Shown here: piece by piece, positions 34,924-48,024 of the stretch
How positions within the stretch are numbered: position 1 is the first letter of the stretch
How the letters are laid out: the number at the start of each line of letters is the position of its first letter
Origin: Botryllus schlosseri
Taxonomy: Eukaryota
Length of the DNA: 64,000 bases
Assembly: GCA_051294905.1 (NCBI GenBank)
Contig: CM119371.1
Coordinates: 15,376,001-15,440,000, forward strand
Direction: 5' to 3'
Made by a program: the position numbers and the translations under genes
The notes under the pieces: generated by a model
Told to the model about the DNA's origin: nothing
Databases searched by the model: none
Seen by the model: only the letters and a program-made list of their open reading frames with translations

Positions 34924-37410
34924 ATCTAGCAAGAACCAGGAATTTGTATTGAGTGACTTCGCTCCTACAGCAAACGCAGCTTACATTACGGCGGTACTGA
35001 ACATCGAGTAATAAGCGGGACTAGGCAGGCTACCGTTAATACGAATTTGCATTTTGCTGCTACAATCTATGCTATAGTTGAGCGACTTTGATACGACCTC
35101 GGCACACTTCTTTGATATAGCTGCGCAGAGATGTAGCCTTGAACGCTTGCGTCTGGGACAGATGTGATGTCAGTGATCTGAAATGTTATAGCCCGCAGTG
35201 GCATAGCGTTTTAGGAGATAAATTATAGCATAGACATAGGTTTAGCTATAGATTTAATTCACTGTCGGAAAAGCATCAGTGCACTAGCTATTAAAATCAC
35301 ATATCTAAAAGCAGCAGCTTATGGACTTGTAAAATCGGCATAATGCAAATCACATATCCAAAAGCAGCAGCTTATGGACTAGTGGCTTCATATTATCATC
35401 ATCTAGCAAGAGCCAGGAATTTGTATTGAGTGACTTCGTTCCTATAGCCCCGATTGAGTGACTTCGCTCCTACAGCAAACGCAGCTTACATTACGGCGGT
35501 ACTGAACATCGAGTAATAAGCGGGACTAGGCAGGCTACCCTTAATACGAATTTGCATTTTGCTGCTACAATCTATGCTATAGTTGAGCGACTTTGGTACG
35601 ACCTCGGCACACTTCTTTGATATAGCTGCGCAGAGATGTAGCCTTGAACGCTAGCGTCTGGGACAGATGTGATGTCAGTGATCTGAAATGTTATAGCCCG
35701 CAGTGGCATAGCGTTTTAGGAGATAAATTATAGCATAGACATAGGTTTAGCTATAGATTTAATTCACTGTCGGAAAAGCATCAGTGCACTAGCTATTAAA
35801 ATCACATATCTAAAAGCAGCAGCTTATGGACTTGTAAAATCAGCATAATGCAAATCACATATCTAAAAGCAGCAGCTTATGGACTAGTGGCTTCATATTA
35901 TCATCATCTAGCAAGAGCCAGGAATTTGTATTGAGTGACTTCATTCCTATAGCCCCGGCAAACGCCCCGCTCCTCCTTATGCTATCGTGATCAATTATGA
36001 CGAAGCTCGAAAAATCGGAAGTCACTGGATATGCATTTACGCGGATGAGGATGAGACACATTTTCACGATAGCTTTGGCTTAATGCCGCTGAAATACGAG
36101 ATTGCCTGCTTTATAGAACCAGAAAATTATACCTGCTCCATAAAGCGTCTGCAGCACAAACGTTCCAGAGCTTGCGGTCGTCATTGTCTAAGCTTCATCG
36201 TCCATAAGGCGCGCGGATGGAGTACGGAACGTTATTTAAATTCCTTTGGCGAAGATCACCGCAAGAATGATTCGATCGTACGACGCTTCGTCAAGGAGCT
36301 GAAGCAAGAAAATGAAATTGTATAAATGTATATGCGAATAAAATCAATAGTTTCAAAGTTTGCTTAGTACGTTTAAGGGTGATATTCGCTACGTTCATTA
36401 TAGCAATCATCTCAAAGTAGTAGACTCTAAATCAGCAGTAGCGACTTGCTTTCGGTTAGGTGATAGTGGCTACATATTACCATCATCTAGCAAGAAACAG
36501 GAATTTGTATTGAGTGACTTCGCTCCTACAGCAAACGCAACTTACATTACGGCGTTACTGTACATCGAGTAATAAGCGGGACTAGGCAGGCTACCCTTAA
36601 TACGAATTTGCATTTTGCTGGTACAATCTATGCTATAGTTGAGCGACTTTGATACGACCTCGGCACACTTCTTTGATATAGCTGCGCAAAGATGTAGCCT
36701 TGAACGCTAGCGTCTGGGACAGATGTGATGTCAGTGATCTGAAATGTTATAGCCCGCAGTGGCATAGCGTTTTAGGAGATAAATTATAGCATAGACATAT
36801 GTTTAGCTATAGATTTAATTCACTGTCGGAAAAGCATCAGTGCACTAGCTATTAAAATCACATATCTAAAAGCAGCAGCTTATGGACTTGTAAAATCGGC
36901 ATAATGCAAATCACATATCTAAAAGCAGCAGCTTATGGACTAGTGGCTTCATATTATCATCATCTAGCAAGAGCCAGGAATTTGTATTGAGTGACTTCGT
37001 TCCTATAGCCCTGGCAAACGCAGCTTACATTAATACGGCGTTACTGAACATCGAGTAATAAGCGAAGCTAGCCAGGCTACACTTAATACGAATTTGCATT
37101 TTGCGGGCACAATCTATGCTATAGTTGAGCGAGTTGAAATGATACGACCTCGGCACACTTCTTCGATATAGATATAGCTGCGCAAAGATGTAGCCTTGAA
37201 CGCTAGCGTCTGGAACAGATGTGATGTCAGTGATCTGAAATGTTATAGCTTCAACCCGCAGTGGCATAGCGTTTTAAAATGGGAGATAAATTATAGCATA
37301 GACATAGGTTTAGCTATAGATTTAATTCACTATCGGAAAAGCATCAGTGCACTAGCTATTAAAATCACATATCCAAAAGCAGCAGCTTATGGACTTGTAA
37401 AATCGGCAAA
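34924..37410. repeat. Array of four ~480-bp tandem units inside the Polinton
   Basis: The anchor ATCTAGCAAGA..CAGGAATTTGTATTGAGTGACTT recurs at 34924, 35401, 35906, 36485 and 36962. More diverged copies at ~37500-37980. Confidence 0.9.
35958..36325 (+). pseudogene. 5'-truncated duplicate of the adenain protease
   Basis: Copy of ~34398-34763 offset by 1562 bp. Retains His/Asp/Cys but lacks the N-terminal ~30 codons; a few substitutions (ACGRHC, STERY, GEDHRKNDS). Confidence 0.88.
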
Positions 37411-38816
37411 ATCTCAGTAGTTAGATGCTTGCTACAACTCGCAATTTATCAACTTTAGGTCGTGAGTAAAGCAAGAATTCATAGACTAACATCCATCTCA
37501 AATCCGAAGTGCATACCCGCGTAATTATAACCAAATTTAGTGCGAATCTATACGGAAATGTAGCCTAACTCACCTGCGTCATTAGGTGAAGTGCATAGCG
37601 CGATAGTTGTGATAAATGCGAAATTTTCCGAGCGTAAATTGCGTATATGCGATGTCGGCGTTTTGATCTGAAATGAAATGAGCGAATTTAAATATAGGTG
37701 ATAAACTATTGCTCTAGCTAATTATTATAACCACACCGAGATTCGAGTAATAAGCGAGCCTAGATAGTCTACCTTTAACAGAAAACTTGCGTATACATTC
37801 GAATTTGTGCGACTTCGGCTATATTGCCGGTTAACATTATAGCCGCGCGCAGGACTCACCATTACGTTAGCTATTGGAGAAATCTCAACGTAAATCAATC
37901 TGCGTTCACAATTCGCGTAAGCTAATGCTGCATCGAGAAATTATAGCTAAATTGAGTTTAAATTGACACGAAAATACATTGGTCTTACCTCGTCTGCGAT
38001 ACCTGCATCCCTGCGCACATGGCAATACTTGTAATAGAAATGTGAAGTTTTCAGAATGCGAATTGCTTTACGTCGGAACTAAACATTCTAATTCGTAACG
38101 CCAGCGCGGCGTTTTCTTGGAAACGCAACTATATTTAGAATGTTCTAATTCCCATTATCGATGTGGCCCGACTTTTTGGAATCGCAACTATATTTAGAAT
38201 GTTCTAATTCATATTGTCGATGTGACCCGACTTCTTTGAATCGTAAGCAACTATATTCGTGCCGCATTTACACGCGTCAATTTCTTGGAATAGTATTCGG
38301 CAATATGCGCGGTGCATGAGCTTTGCGTGATCGTAGGCGTTTATGGTTGTGATATCTGTATTATCAAGTTGCATTTGCAGAATTCCCCAAAATCATTGAC
38401 TAATTAATGATGACACAGTGTTATAGTACACACTAACATAGTCTTACATTTATGTGTAATAACTCGAAAAAGGTGTTGTCTCGGAATTTAAGAGAGAATC
38501 GGTGGTTATATTCTCAAAACAGCTCAATACGGCTAGTTTGCTCAATAGCCTGGTGGTGAGCGACGTGAAATTATGGTCATCCAAACTAGGTTCGATTCTA
38601 GCTAAGGTAAGTTTTGACGGGGCAATGAGTGTCATGGGTGCAGCAATCGACATCGCGCTGGTTGATGCGGCACTGTGCGTCATATAGATGCGGCAATCAA
38701 TGCGGTGATTTCGAGTCAATGGATGATGTGGCACTGTGCAGCAATCGACATCGCGCTGGTTGATGCGGCGCTGTGCGTCATATAGATGCTGCAATCAATA
38801 CGGTGATGATGTGGCA

Positions 38817-39020
38817 ATGGATGATGTGGCACTATAGGCGTGGCGCTTGATGATGTGGCGCAGATGACGTAGCAGATGATGTGGCAATAGGCTGATGATG
38901 TGGCAATAGGTGTGCTATAGGTGCGGCAATGGGTGGATGATGTGGCAATGTAGGCGTGGCAATTAAGGCGATGTGGCCTTCTGTGATTGCCGGGCAATAA
39001 AGCCAGCTAAGTCTACTACT
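38817..39020 (-). repeat. Right TIR of the Polinton
   Basis: Ends CGGGCAATAAAGCCAGCTAAGTCTACTACT; GATGATGTGGC subrepeats continue inward to ~38620. Confidence 0.9.
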
Positions 39021-41969
39021 CGTATCGCATCTCCGTCGTCAAAGCATCTCGATGTGTAGGCGAAAATGAATACCATATCTCTCTCTCTCTCTCTCTCCAT
39101 TCGGCAGTGACATAAACGTTGCATCACGCGCCTAAATTATAACGGCATTATCAGTAAGTTACTTATCAATTTGAACGTGGATAGCGAAACGTTGTTTGTA
39201 TTTTGGATGTGCAATTAGAATATCACTTCCAAGGCAGTTCATTTCTCGGCGTAGATCAGGAATAAAATGTGTATTGGAATACTACATTGCGTCCCCTTGT
39301 CTGCTATTCTCTTGATCACCCAACGTATAGTGAAATCCAAGATAATGACCCAGTCAACAAAAGTGTGTACATTCAATGCCGAAACAGGCGAAGAAAGTGC
39401 AGGAGAGAAGTGAACGCAACTGTTTTGACACTACAGTGAGGCGGTACCTTTGATGTACAAAAACTGATCGCTCTCGAATTCAAAAGATCGATTGTTCTCC
39501 TTTCCATCGGTCGGCCAGCGAGATTGGTGTCAGCGTAATTAACCAATCAAATTGCGCTTGATTATCACGCGGCTTCACCGTGACGTTTCTTCTGCGTGGC
39601 TTTTCCAGGTTCGTGAGCACTTGAGCGTGTAATGATTGTGATGTCATAAGTCATCGGATGTTGTTTACCGCTACACACTTGAAGTTTGAATTATCGTCCG
39701 TACAGGCGAATTGTATTTCCGAGACTGTAGCGATGGAGGGGAAGTGAAGTTCTTTGTTGAGATAAGTGGAGCAAGGGATAGTTCGGGTTATTTTTGAGAT
39801 TTTTTACATGCTTGCTTAGATGTGTATTGGTAGTCAAAAGGTGTTTCGAATAGCAGATCAGTCGTATTAATTGCTTGTTTGCGTTAGGCTTGTAAAATAG
39901 TACTTGATATAAATGCTGACTTTGATTTTTCCGTGGCCTGAAGTGTCAGGTTGGCGGCAGTGAACAGCGTGATACTTGTCAAGTGCTTTGACCGTTATGC
40001 GTACTACCGACTTGTTGATATATATTTCAATGCTAAACCGCGGAAAAGTGTCGTTACCGCGCGCCGAATCTTGACGTGTTGTGGTTATGGCTTTAACATC
40101 ATTTGTTAGTGCATTCATTTATGTAGGCTAGGTATATTAACGAAACATGGGATATGCTCAACCATATACGTTCTCTGACTGCATTATCTGTGACTGAATT
40201 TACAATCGTTACAACGGTTGCCATTTCAACTGTTCAGCCAAATACTATATCTTGTGATAATTTCTAATTAAAATTTGTGACACTCATTTCAGTTAATCTG
40301 CGAGTTATTTTATTGCAATATTTAGCCTTTATTTCACGATGGAGACCGAAGCCATGAAGTGACTGCGATATGGCCAAATATCCGTATACGTCTGATGGTG
40401 AATTGAAAGAAATGCAGCGTTGGCGAAGGCAACAGTTCATAAAATATCGTTCTCCAAGCATTGGTTCAGCCTGCAGCGACTATGTCCTTGATCAGCCGAT
40501 TATCACTACTAAGGATATCTCGCTTTCTGTACATCGATGAATATGAGGCCAGTGGAATTACCCAGATATCAGTGACCAAGCCAAGCCTAAACGTGGGTTT
40601 TATCATTCACAATTGGGTTCTGAATGAAGTTAGCGTCCCACACAGTGAGCTGGCTGCTGATGGTAGCTCGGCGTTGCGTTGACCCTATTCTTCCCGCCAG
40701 ACTTGTTTGATAAACCAGATTTTGTCTGCATTTCAATTCAATAACAAGAATAGTTGTATCAAACTTGTCCCCGGAAAGAACATCTCTCTGTATTTCAACT
40801 GAAATCAATGTGTCGTTTTATGCATTTTATATGACTGTCTGTCTGTATTTGACCGGTATTTTGAATGTATGCTCGTGGTGGATTTTATTAAAACTAACAC
40901 GATAATGAAAATATATTTAATTGTCAATTGTGATGTCTTGCAACATACGGTTAATATATCTGCCAGAAAGCAACAATGATTCAGGTAGCCATAGGGTTAC
41001 TAGCGGTCGTAAGCTGCAGTAGCGAGAGGGTTAATGAACGGCAACTGAAGGGTTAATGAGTGTGCAGCTGAAGTGCGAAAATTGTATCTTTTGAAGCATC
41101 ATTTTGACATCGAATGCGGAAAATACGCCTGGCGATCGCTTCCCATTTTGTTGACTGGGGAAGCGCGCGATGTCGGGTAGCCTATAGGCTACATCGAATT
41201 CGCGAGGGATATTTGTCGCTGGCGCTACAGCAACTTATACTTGAGGATTTTGTAACGGGATCCAAGCCCCTAACCCTGGCTACGGCACTGTCCTGACCTC
41301 TCAAATACATGCTTATGCTGCCACGAGAATAATTATTCTGGTCGTTAAAAAATTGACCAACAATATCGATATAATTATGTACAAAATTAGAAAAAATGTC
41401 AAAGAGCCATATCTTACAACCAAAAGATCCATACATGGCTCGCGAGCCATAGGCTCCCGAACAGTGGTCTAGGGTCTAATATAGGGTTCATGGCTATTCT
41501 GACGAAAAAGGTTCCCAAACCCAGGTTTACAGTGTTCAGTATCACATGGCGTTGTAACGCAATAACAGGGGCGTTACACATCCGCATCCAGCCCGTCAGA
41601 CCATTCCATCCGGCCCGCGAGGCCATTCTGAGTGAATTGAAAAATAATAATCTCATCACCTGGCAGATTTTTAACAGAAGCTGAGATTTTAGTACTGAAT
41701 ACTTCGACGTAAATAAATAAATAATTTTACTATTCCGTTGTTTGCGAATAACGTTGTTTCTCGAATAGAGTCCCGAGCCCACATATTCCGTAGCATGATA
41801 AATAATTCTATTATGTATTATTATGCATAGCAACTAATAAACCATTCCAGTGAAAAGCAAAGACATGGATTTCAACGTAACATATTGAAATTTATTTGAC
41901 TGGTTCGGCCAGCGAGCGACCAAAACTATTGAATCCAACCCGTAGCCGAAGTTGAGTTTGACAACCATG

Positions 41970-42854
41970 CAGTGTTGGGATGACTCGAGTCATCTTTTTC
42001 GTATGACTTGACTTGACTCGAGTCACTTTGCCAAAATGACTTGACTTGACTCTGCGCATCAGAAATGTGGATTGACTTGTGACTCGGAGCAAAATTCACG
42101 AGTCAATTTCAAGTCATCAAGTAATCGGTGTTGATAAAAATCACTGTATCTTGAATATGTTCAAGACCAATCGAGCGACCAATCATTCAATAATCGTGTG
42201 TTTCACTGAGCCTCCATTGTACTCTCAAAAATGATTTGACCGCAAACCAAGTCATCGAAGCTTACAGCTTACGTTGTCGTAAACTAGTATAGCAAAGTAA
42301 TTTGTAGCAAATAGTCTATTTCTGTTCTCTGTTCTTACTTTAACCAAACCTCATGTTTTATTAAAATTGAATTGGAATATATAGTTTATATAGACCTCAA
42401 ACATTGGCGCAGGCTCAAATAGTACCATATCAATTGTAAATGGAAATTTATTGCATCGTATCAATTCGTTTCTCTATTCCCTAGTTTGGCTGGTAACTAT
42501 AAACTGAGTCTATGCAATTACTTAAATAGTTTAAGGTGTATATTTAACTCTATATTTGTTCATCGATTCAAAATCATTGACCTCTCGATCTGTATTTTAT
42601 TTCAGACAGCTAGCAAAATGCAATGACGTAATCATGCCTCATACTTCGAAAAGGCAACTTGACTTGGATTGTGACTTGACTCGTGACTTGACTTGACTTG
42701 ACTCGACTTGACTCGAGTCACCTCCAAAAATCGAGTGACTGGTCTCGACTCGACTCACCTTTGAAAATCGATTGACTTGACTTGACTCGAGTCAAAATGT
42801 GCAATGGCTTGAAATGACTCGTGACTCGAAAGTAGTGACTTGATCCCAACACTG
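41970..42854. mobile_element. hAT-type element with GACTTGACTCGAGTC subterminal repeats
   Basis: TIR CAGTGTTGGGAT...ATCCCAACACTG. Degenerate 8-bp TSD CAACCATG / CGACCCTG (6/8). Confidence 0.7.
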
Positions 42855-44169
42855 CGACCCTGTAATCTACAACGATCGGTGTTCCATCAATGAATTTGCT
42901 GTGATACATAGCATGGCAATGATACGTGGTTTATTACTAGCAAACACACATAATATAGCCTACATTGGGCATTGTGCACCAATCAAGGATAATCCGAGAA
43001 ATATCAACGAAAAACCCCAATAACTTCGCTTCTACTTGTTGGAATTGAGTCACATTTGTTTTGCATCGTCTCTGAAGACAGCTCAACAATTTCATGGGGT
43101 TGACAGAACATTTAAATTTTTTATTTTATTTCCCTGTTTAAATTGAAAAATTAATTAGATCTGTGGAGCCCTATACTTGTTAGAATTGAACCAAATTTGG
43201 TGTGCAGCGTTTTTTAGGGTAACCTGACAATTTAATGACTGAATGGCTGGAATCCAGAACAAAATATTATTTTCGAACAGCCCTACTGTACAGTTCCATT
43301 CGTCTGCAACGCAATGCAAATAAAGTGTCGGTTTCGAAACTTGAAATAATTGATTGTTATTTATCAAACAACAGCAAGCCCAGGTAACCTTATGGCCTAT
43401 AACCACGTCGATATGAAACTGTCCGTTCCAATCCACCCTTGTTCAAATCGGAAAATATACCGTGACCCAAAAAATGTTGAAAACCCCTCCATAAGATTGA
43501 GTCGAATATGTCTGACGATCTATTTGAGATCAATGAGCGGGAAACGATGACGGTTTACCGTATAATGTGGCTACGAATACATTGCACGTTAGCCTATACA
43601 TACATTGACGCTGAATGATTGCTGAAATTTGCGTTCTAGGTATTTCCAAGAGTCTCGGAACTAAATTAGTTATCTCATGATTCCGATTGCCTCTTTCCAC
43701 GTAATCAGCACATCGCAATCAATCCAGACGTACAGTACTCGTTATCGAAAGACTCTTCATTAACGTTGCAACGTCTCTGCGGACGCGTCAAATTACAAGT
43801 TACACCTGCGTCAAGAACGACAGTATTTTTGTAAGCAAGAAAAATGGTAAAGTGCAGCAGTAACAAATCACAAAACCGTACGGAAGGAAAATGGCATGTG
43901 AAACTGCGCAATAGGATTTTCAAATCTCGAATGTCATCTATCGGTACGAAGAAAATGAAGATCAAAGCTGTGCCGCAGTTTGCAGACTACTACATCGCCG
44001 AGGAAACTGTGAGGTTAGACTTGCAATAATGCTATACAGACCTTGTCCGTTATCGTAACTGATGTCACTAGCACTGAGATCCCTTTAGTCATACGCATCG
44101 AAGATATATATGTGTACTGTAAACGAGTATGGTGTATTATGCCAATTTTGAACTTAGTAAATCTGGTAC

Positions 44170-45085
44170 TAGGGATGGCGTGAACGTGAGGTTCACGTTC
44201 GTGTTCTGTGCGTGAACCTCAGAAATTTAGAGGTTCACGTTCACAAACGAACCTTGCACTGTGAACCTTTTTCATATATTGCAATTTTCACTTCATTAAA
44301 CATCTTTGGTTGAAATCTATTGGATTTCAAATGCGGGCCACTCCACGCAAAGAACTAGCAGCATAAAAATCAACACTAAACGAGCATGCACCGTGACAAT
44401 CTTAAAAATCTTACTTGCTTTGTAACAAAAGTGTGCTCGAAATATCGAGTTATCCGTTTGTGAATATTTAGTGACTCTGTGCTGCGAGCTAGACCCGCAA
44501 TCACACAGCACCACGATCGAAATACACTACATGTAGGTATAGTCAGCGAATGATGCTTATTCAACCAATCAATGAAATAGATATCGTTGTCTGACGTAAA
44601 AAATCTAGGACGCGTACGGGGTCAATCTTGACTTCATATGTTTATTGTATCGTAAAAACCAACCCGGTGCGATTGGAGTGTTAGCTACTGCTGTATAACT
44701 TGTTAATGTATTATATCGGTAGCAAGTATAGTGACCCGTTTTACACACTGCTCAACATCAACGCAGCCATACTCAAACGCCGAATATATTGTCCATTCTG
44801 GCCTAGACCGTTAGGGCGTAAGGTTATATTCCCTTCTTGGCAAAGCGACGGAAGATAGCGACTTTTGGGATTATGATATAATTTGATTGGTCCAGTTCAT
44901 ACATTTGGTGACGGTTAAAACGTCAATATGTACTTCAGCATTGTGGCATTATGTGGCGCGCGTCGTCGCTAGGTATCGTGTACAAGGCTGTCGCTCTACT
45001 GAAATGTGGGGTGGGAATTAGCAAAATGACGTCACGTTCGCGTTCACACAGAACCTGAACCTTTCAGAGGTTCACACCATCCCTA
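44170..45085. mobile_element. hAT-type element with GTGAAC/GTTCAC subterminal repeats
   Basis: TIR TAGGGATGG.GTGAAC...GTTCAC.CCATCCCTA. Flanks TCTGGTAC / TCCGGTTT match only 5/8. A related end is present at ~61070-61094. Confidence 0.6.
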
Positions 45086-46544
45086 TCCGGTTTCGAACCC
45101 GTTCCTGTTAAAGAGAGAATGACCCTTCAAAACAAGTGGTTCTCAACCGCTTTGACGTTGCGATCCGGTATTTCATCAATAATAAATGTGGCGGACCGGC
45201 GAATCTTCAAGAATCAAAATTGTATCAAATTCCATTTCCACAAAATGTATGAAACTTCATGGTCAATATTGGATACTTGATATAATGCTGCCTTATGATA
45301 TCAGACGAGTTCGACGCGGATATATGGCCGTTTCAGCGAGGTGAAGTGTTAGTAAAAACCACCAACTACATAGAAAAACGCAGGTTTGCTGTTGAGCCGC
45401 TATTCTAATGTTAAATGTCGCTAAACGTAGTTCGATAAGAAATTATGATTAATCGTTCAAACACTTGTTGGTGTTCATAACAATTCAGTGTATGCGGCCT
45501 TTAATGGCACCGACGCCAGATTCCACGAACTATGTCAATTTATAAGTCCTTCTATCTATTATGCATAACATGCATATTTTCTGATATAATGAGCTTTCAT
45601 TCGTAAACAGGCGCATTTTTGGAAGTTAGAGCTGACTCCGCTGGATTCGGACAATTTTATCGGAATTATCAGATAATCAATTTGTATGGTTCATAACCAT
45701 GGTCACGCGTAAGGGAAGACGACGCATTAAAAATACGTCACTGTCATCGAACTATTTGAAGGTGGACTATCGAAATTCAACCAACTTTCTTTAAACTGAA
45801 CTTTCCTTAAACGTCGCACACCGCTTTCGCATTATAACTTACCCTGAACGAGTATTAGGCTACTTCAAAACACTTTCCTAAACATACAACACTTGCAGCA
45901 TACACACTATACAGTACCGTACTAAGCTCAAAGCAGACCATGTACTCGTGAACATACGGAGAAAGACGTTTTAAATTTCGGAATCAATTTGAAATTTGAT
46001 GTTTAATATTTCTAATCAATGTACAAGCCTCCAACTTAATGCGTTTTGGGACTGAGATGAAATTTTGTAGGCGTACCAGCAGGAGACCTGCCGTGGACTG
46101 GCGCTCCAGAATCACTGCTCTAATGGATGCATTCACCTGATATGTATCCCAGGGTTACACATTGGTTCCTTTTATGTGTACCACGGTGCGTGATGAGCAT
46201 CGGGCGGATTCGGATATGATTCGGACCGGATTTTACACCATTTTGAGACAGCTGGATCGGATTCGGGTTCTATTGCAGATTTGGTTTCGTATATTTTCGG
46301 ACAGCTCAACTTTGCTTCGGACATTTTTTTTATAGTTGTGACAGACGTGACTTTTGATTTCAAGTCAAAAGAAGAAATCGTAAGCTGGATAACCAAAACG
46401 GAAAGTGTTCCTATACTTGTGATAGGCCTCCTAGCTTTCGAAAGTTGTTCTGTCAAAGGTCAAAGTATAAGTCAGTCAAAAGGTCTAAAAAAGTATAAAT
46501 CGGTCAACTCTAACCTTACCCTTTATAAAGGCTACGCCCTAAAT

Positions 46545-48024
46545 CAGTGGTTCTCAACCTTTTTGGCTTCGCGGACCCCTTTTGACCGTCACGGACTCTC
46601 GCGGACCCCCTGAAGTTTTAGTTAAATTTTAGCTCTATTATGGTGCAACCTTCATATCTGTCTCGTGCAAATATGAACTGTAGGCTTGTGATGAATAGCA
46701 AAATAATGATTTTTCATGAAAATAACATCATACTATTTATGTAGAAATTGGTAGACTTCTATTATTTCAAAGCTAATTTTGGTGCTGTATTTCATGAAGT
46801 ACGTGGTCGTGTCTTGAAAATCCGCGTCTTCGTTGTGATATGAACGATGAGTGCCCAAAACCGTTTCCGCAAAGATAGATGGGGGCTAATCCAATATTAA
46901 CGCATAACGCTGCGACGATACTTTTGGTGCGATCGCAACATTTATGACACCAAAATGAAGAATCATATATTTTATAAACGTATCACGTCCAGCATCTAGC
47001 GCAGGGACGGGCAACAGACTACGGGCCGGATTCGGTCCGCGACAGCATTTTGATCGACCCGTTAGAGAGTTTCCGAGGTCAAGGTAAAATCTTAATATAG
47101 AAGTATAGACAAATTTTATGCGCCAAAGAATGGATCCAAGTTTTCCAACCTGAGAAAGACTGTCATGAAACTACTTGTTCTGTTCGGTTTTACATATATA
47201 TTTACGAGCAAACATTTTCGACCATGAACAATTGAACATTAACAAGACAAGGCTGCTGCATACCAATATAACTGGTGATATGAATCTGGGTTGGAGCGTA
47301 ATGCTTTGATAGCAACGAAACACTTCTTGTTCATCAAAAAACCAGCCTTGTCGATGGGGGATCCGCAATCAGAATGCGCCAAATCTGATAGCCGAGCATT
47401 AGGAGCATGTATATCATTGTCCGATTTATGACGGGTTTCAGCCAAAAATATTCGGGTTCATTTCAATATGAATAATGAATATACTATTCAATTGTATATT
47501 GAAATTCTGTGCCTCCAAAAAGCTGTTCAAATAATTGTTATGTATATCACAGGATAAAATGGATTTTGGGGCGAGGTTTTAATCCCTGCATTGGGACAAA
47601 TTAGTGAAATAATCCGGAACTTTTTATTTCAAACGACTGTTCACTAATTTGATGAGACTTACAACTTCAAATCGAGAAGGTTTCGCAGACATTACGAAGT
47701 CACCCTGATTGACGTTACTATCTCCGTATTTTTACTTTATCCACAAACCCCAACAAAACGTCTCTAAACAGCAATATGTTTGTAGCAGCAGGTTAATGGA
47801 AAATTGACAATGGAAATGAATTTCCACACTGCGATCGTATCAGACGATTATTACGATGATATGAGTCGTGCGGTTTTAGCAGTTGCTGTGCGAAACTGCC
47901 TCATGCTTTCTCAAATAAAAAAATGATATCAACCATACTAAAAATTTGGAGGTCTCGCGGACCCCCTGAAATTGCTTCGCGGACCCCTAGGGGTCGTCCG
48001 CAGACCCCCGGTTGAGAACCGCTA
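46545..48024. mobile_element. hAT-type element (CAGTGGTTCTCAACC...GGTTGAGAACCGCT)
   Basis: TIRs with subterminal CGCGGACCCC motifs. TSD CCCTAAAT / ACCTAAAT (7/8). Confidence 0.75.

Larger units (their letters stand above)
24348..39020. mobile_element. Endogenous Polinton/Maverick (adintovirus-like) element, 14,673 bp, PolB not detected
   Basis: The first 30 nt of both ends are a perfect inverted match (AGTAGTAGACTTAGCTGGCTTTATTGCCCG). 6-bp TSD CGTATC at 24342-24347 and 39021-39026. Internal ATPase, integrase, capsid and adenain genes with ATGA-type overlaps. Confidence 0.96.
20394..41466. mobile_element. Outer hAT-type element inflated to 21 kb by nested insertions
   Basis: Left end CAGTGGTCGGAAACCTTTTT...GAGCCAT; right end ATGGCTCGCGAGCCATAGGCTCCCGAACAGTG (degenerate TIR). 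8-bp direct repeat GTCTAGGG at 20386-20393 and 41467-41474, within a TATAGGGTC repeat context on both flanks. Confidence 0.65.

Noticed and set aside
34799-36572. Plus-strand 70-aa ORFs after each protease copy (MLSTFKGDIRY...)
   Set aside because: TTG starts downstream of the protease poly(A) signal; codon-position evidence favours the opposite strand.
34924-37410. Tandem arrays (also the ~200-bp units at 1520-2170 and GTAATC arrays) as CRISPR-like loci
   Set aside because: No constant-repeat/unique-spacer alternation, no cas genes, and a eukaryotic context.
40440-40700. GLVTDIW on the minus strand resembling the first catalytic Asp of hAT transposases
   Set aside because: Single short motif flanked by stops, with no other hAT blocks recognisable.
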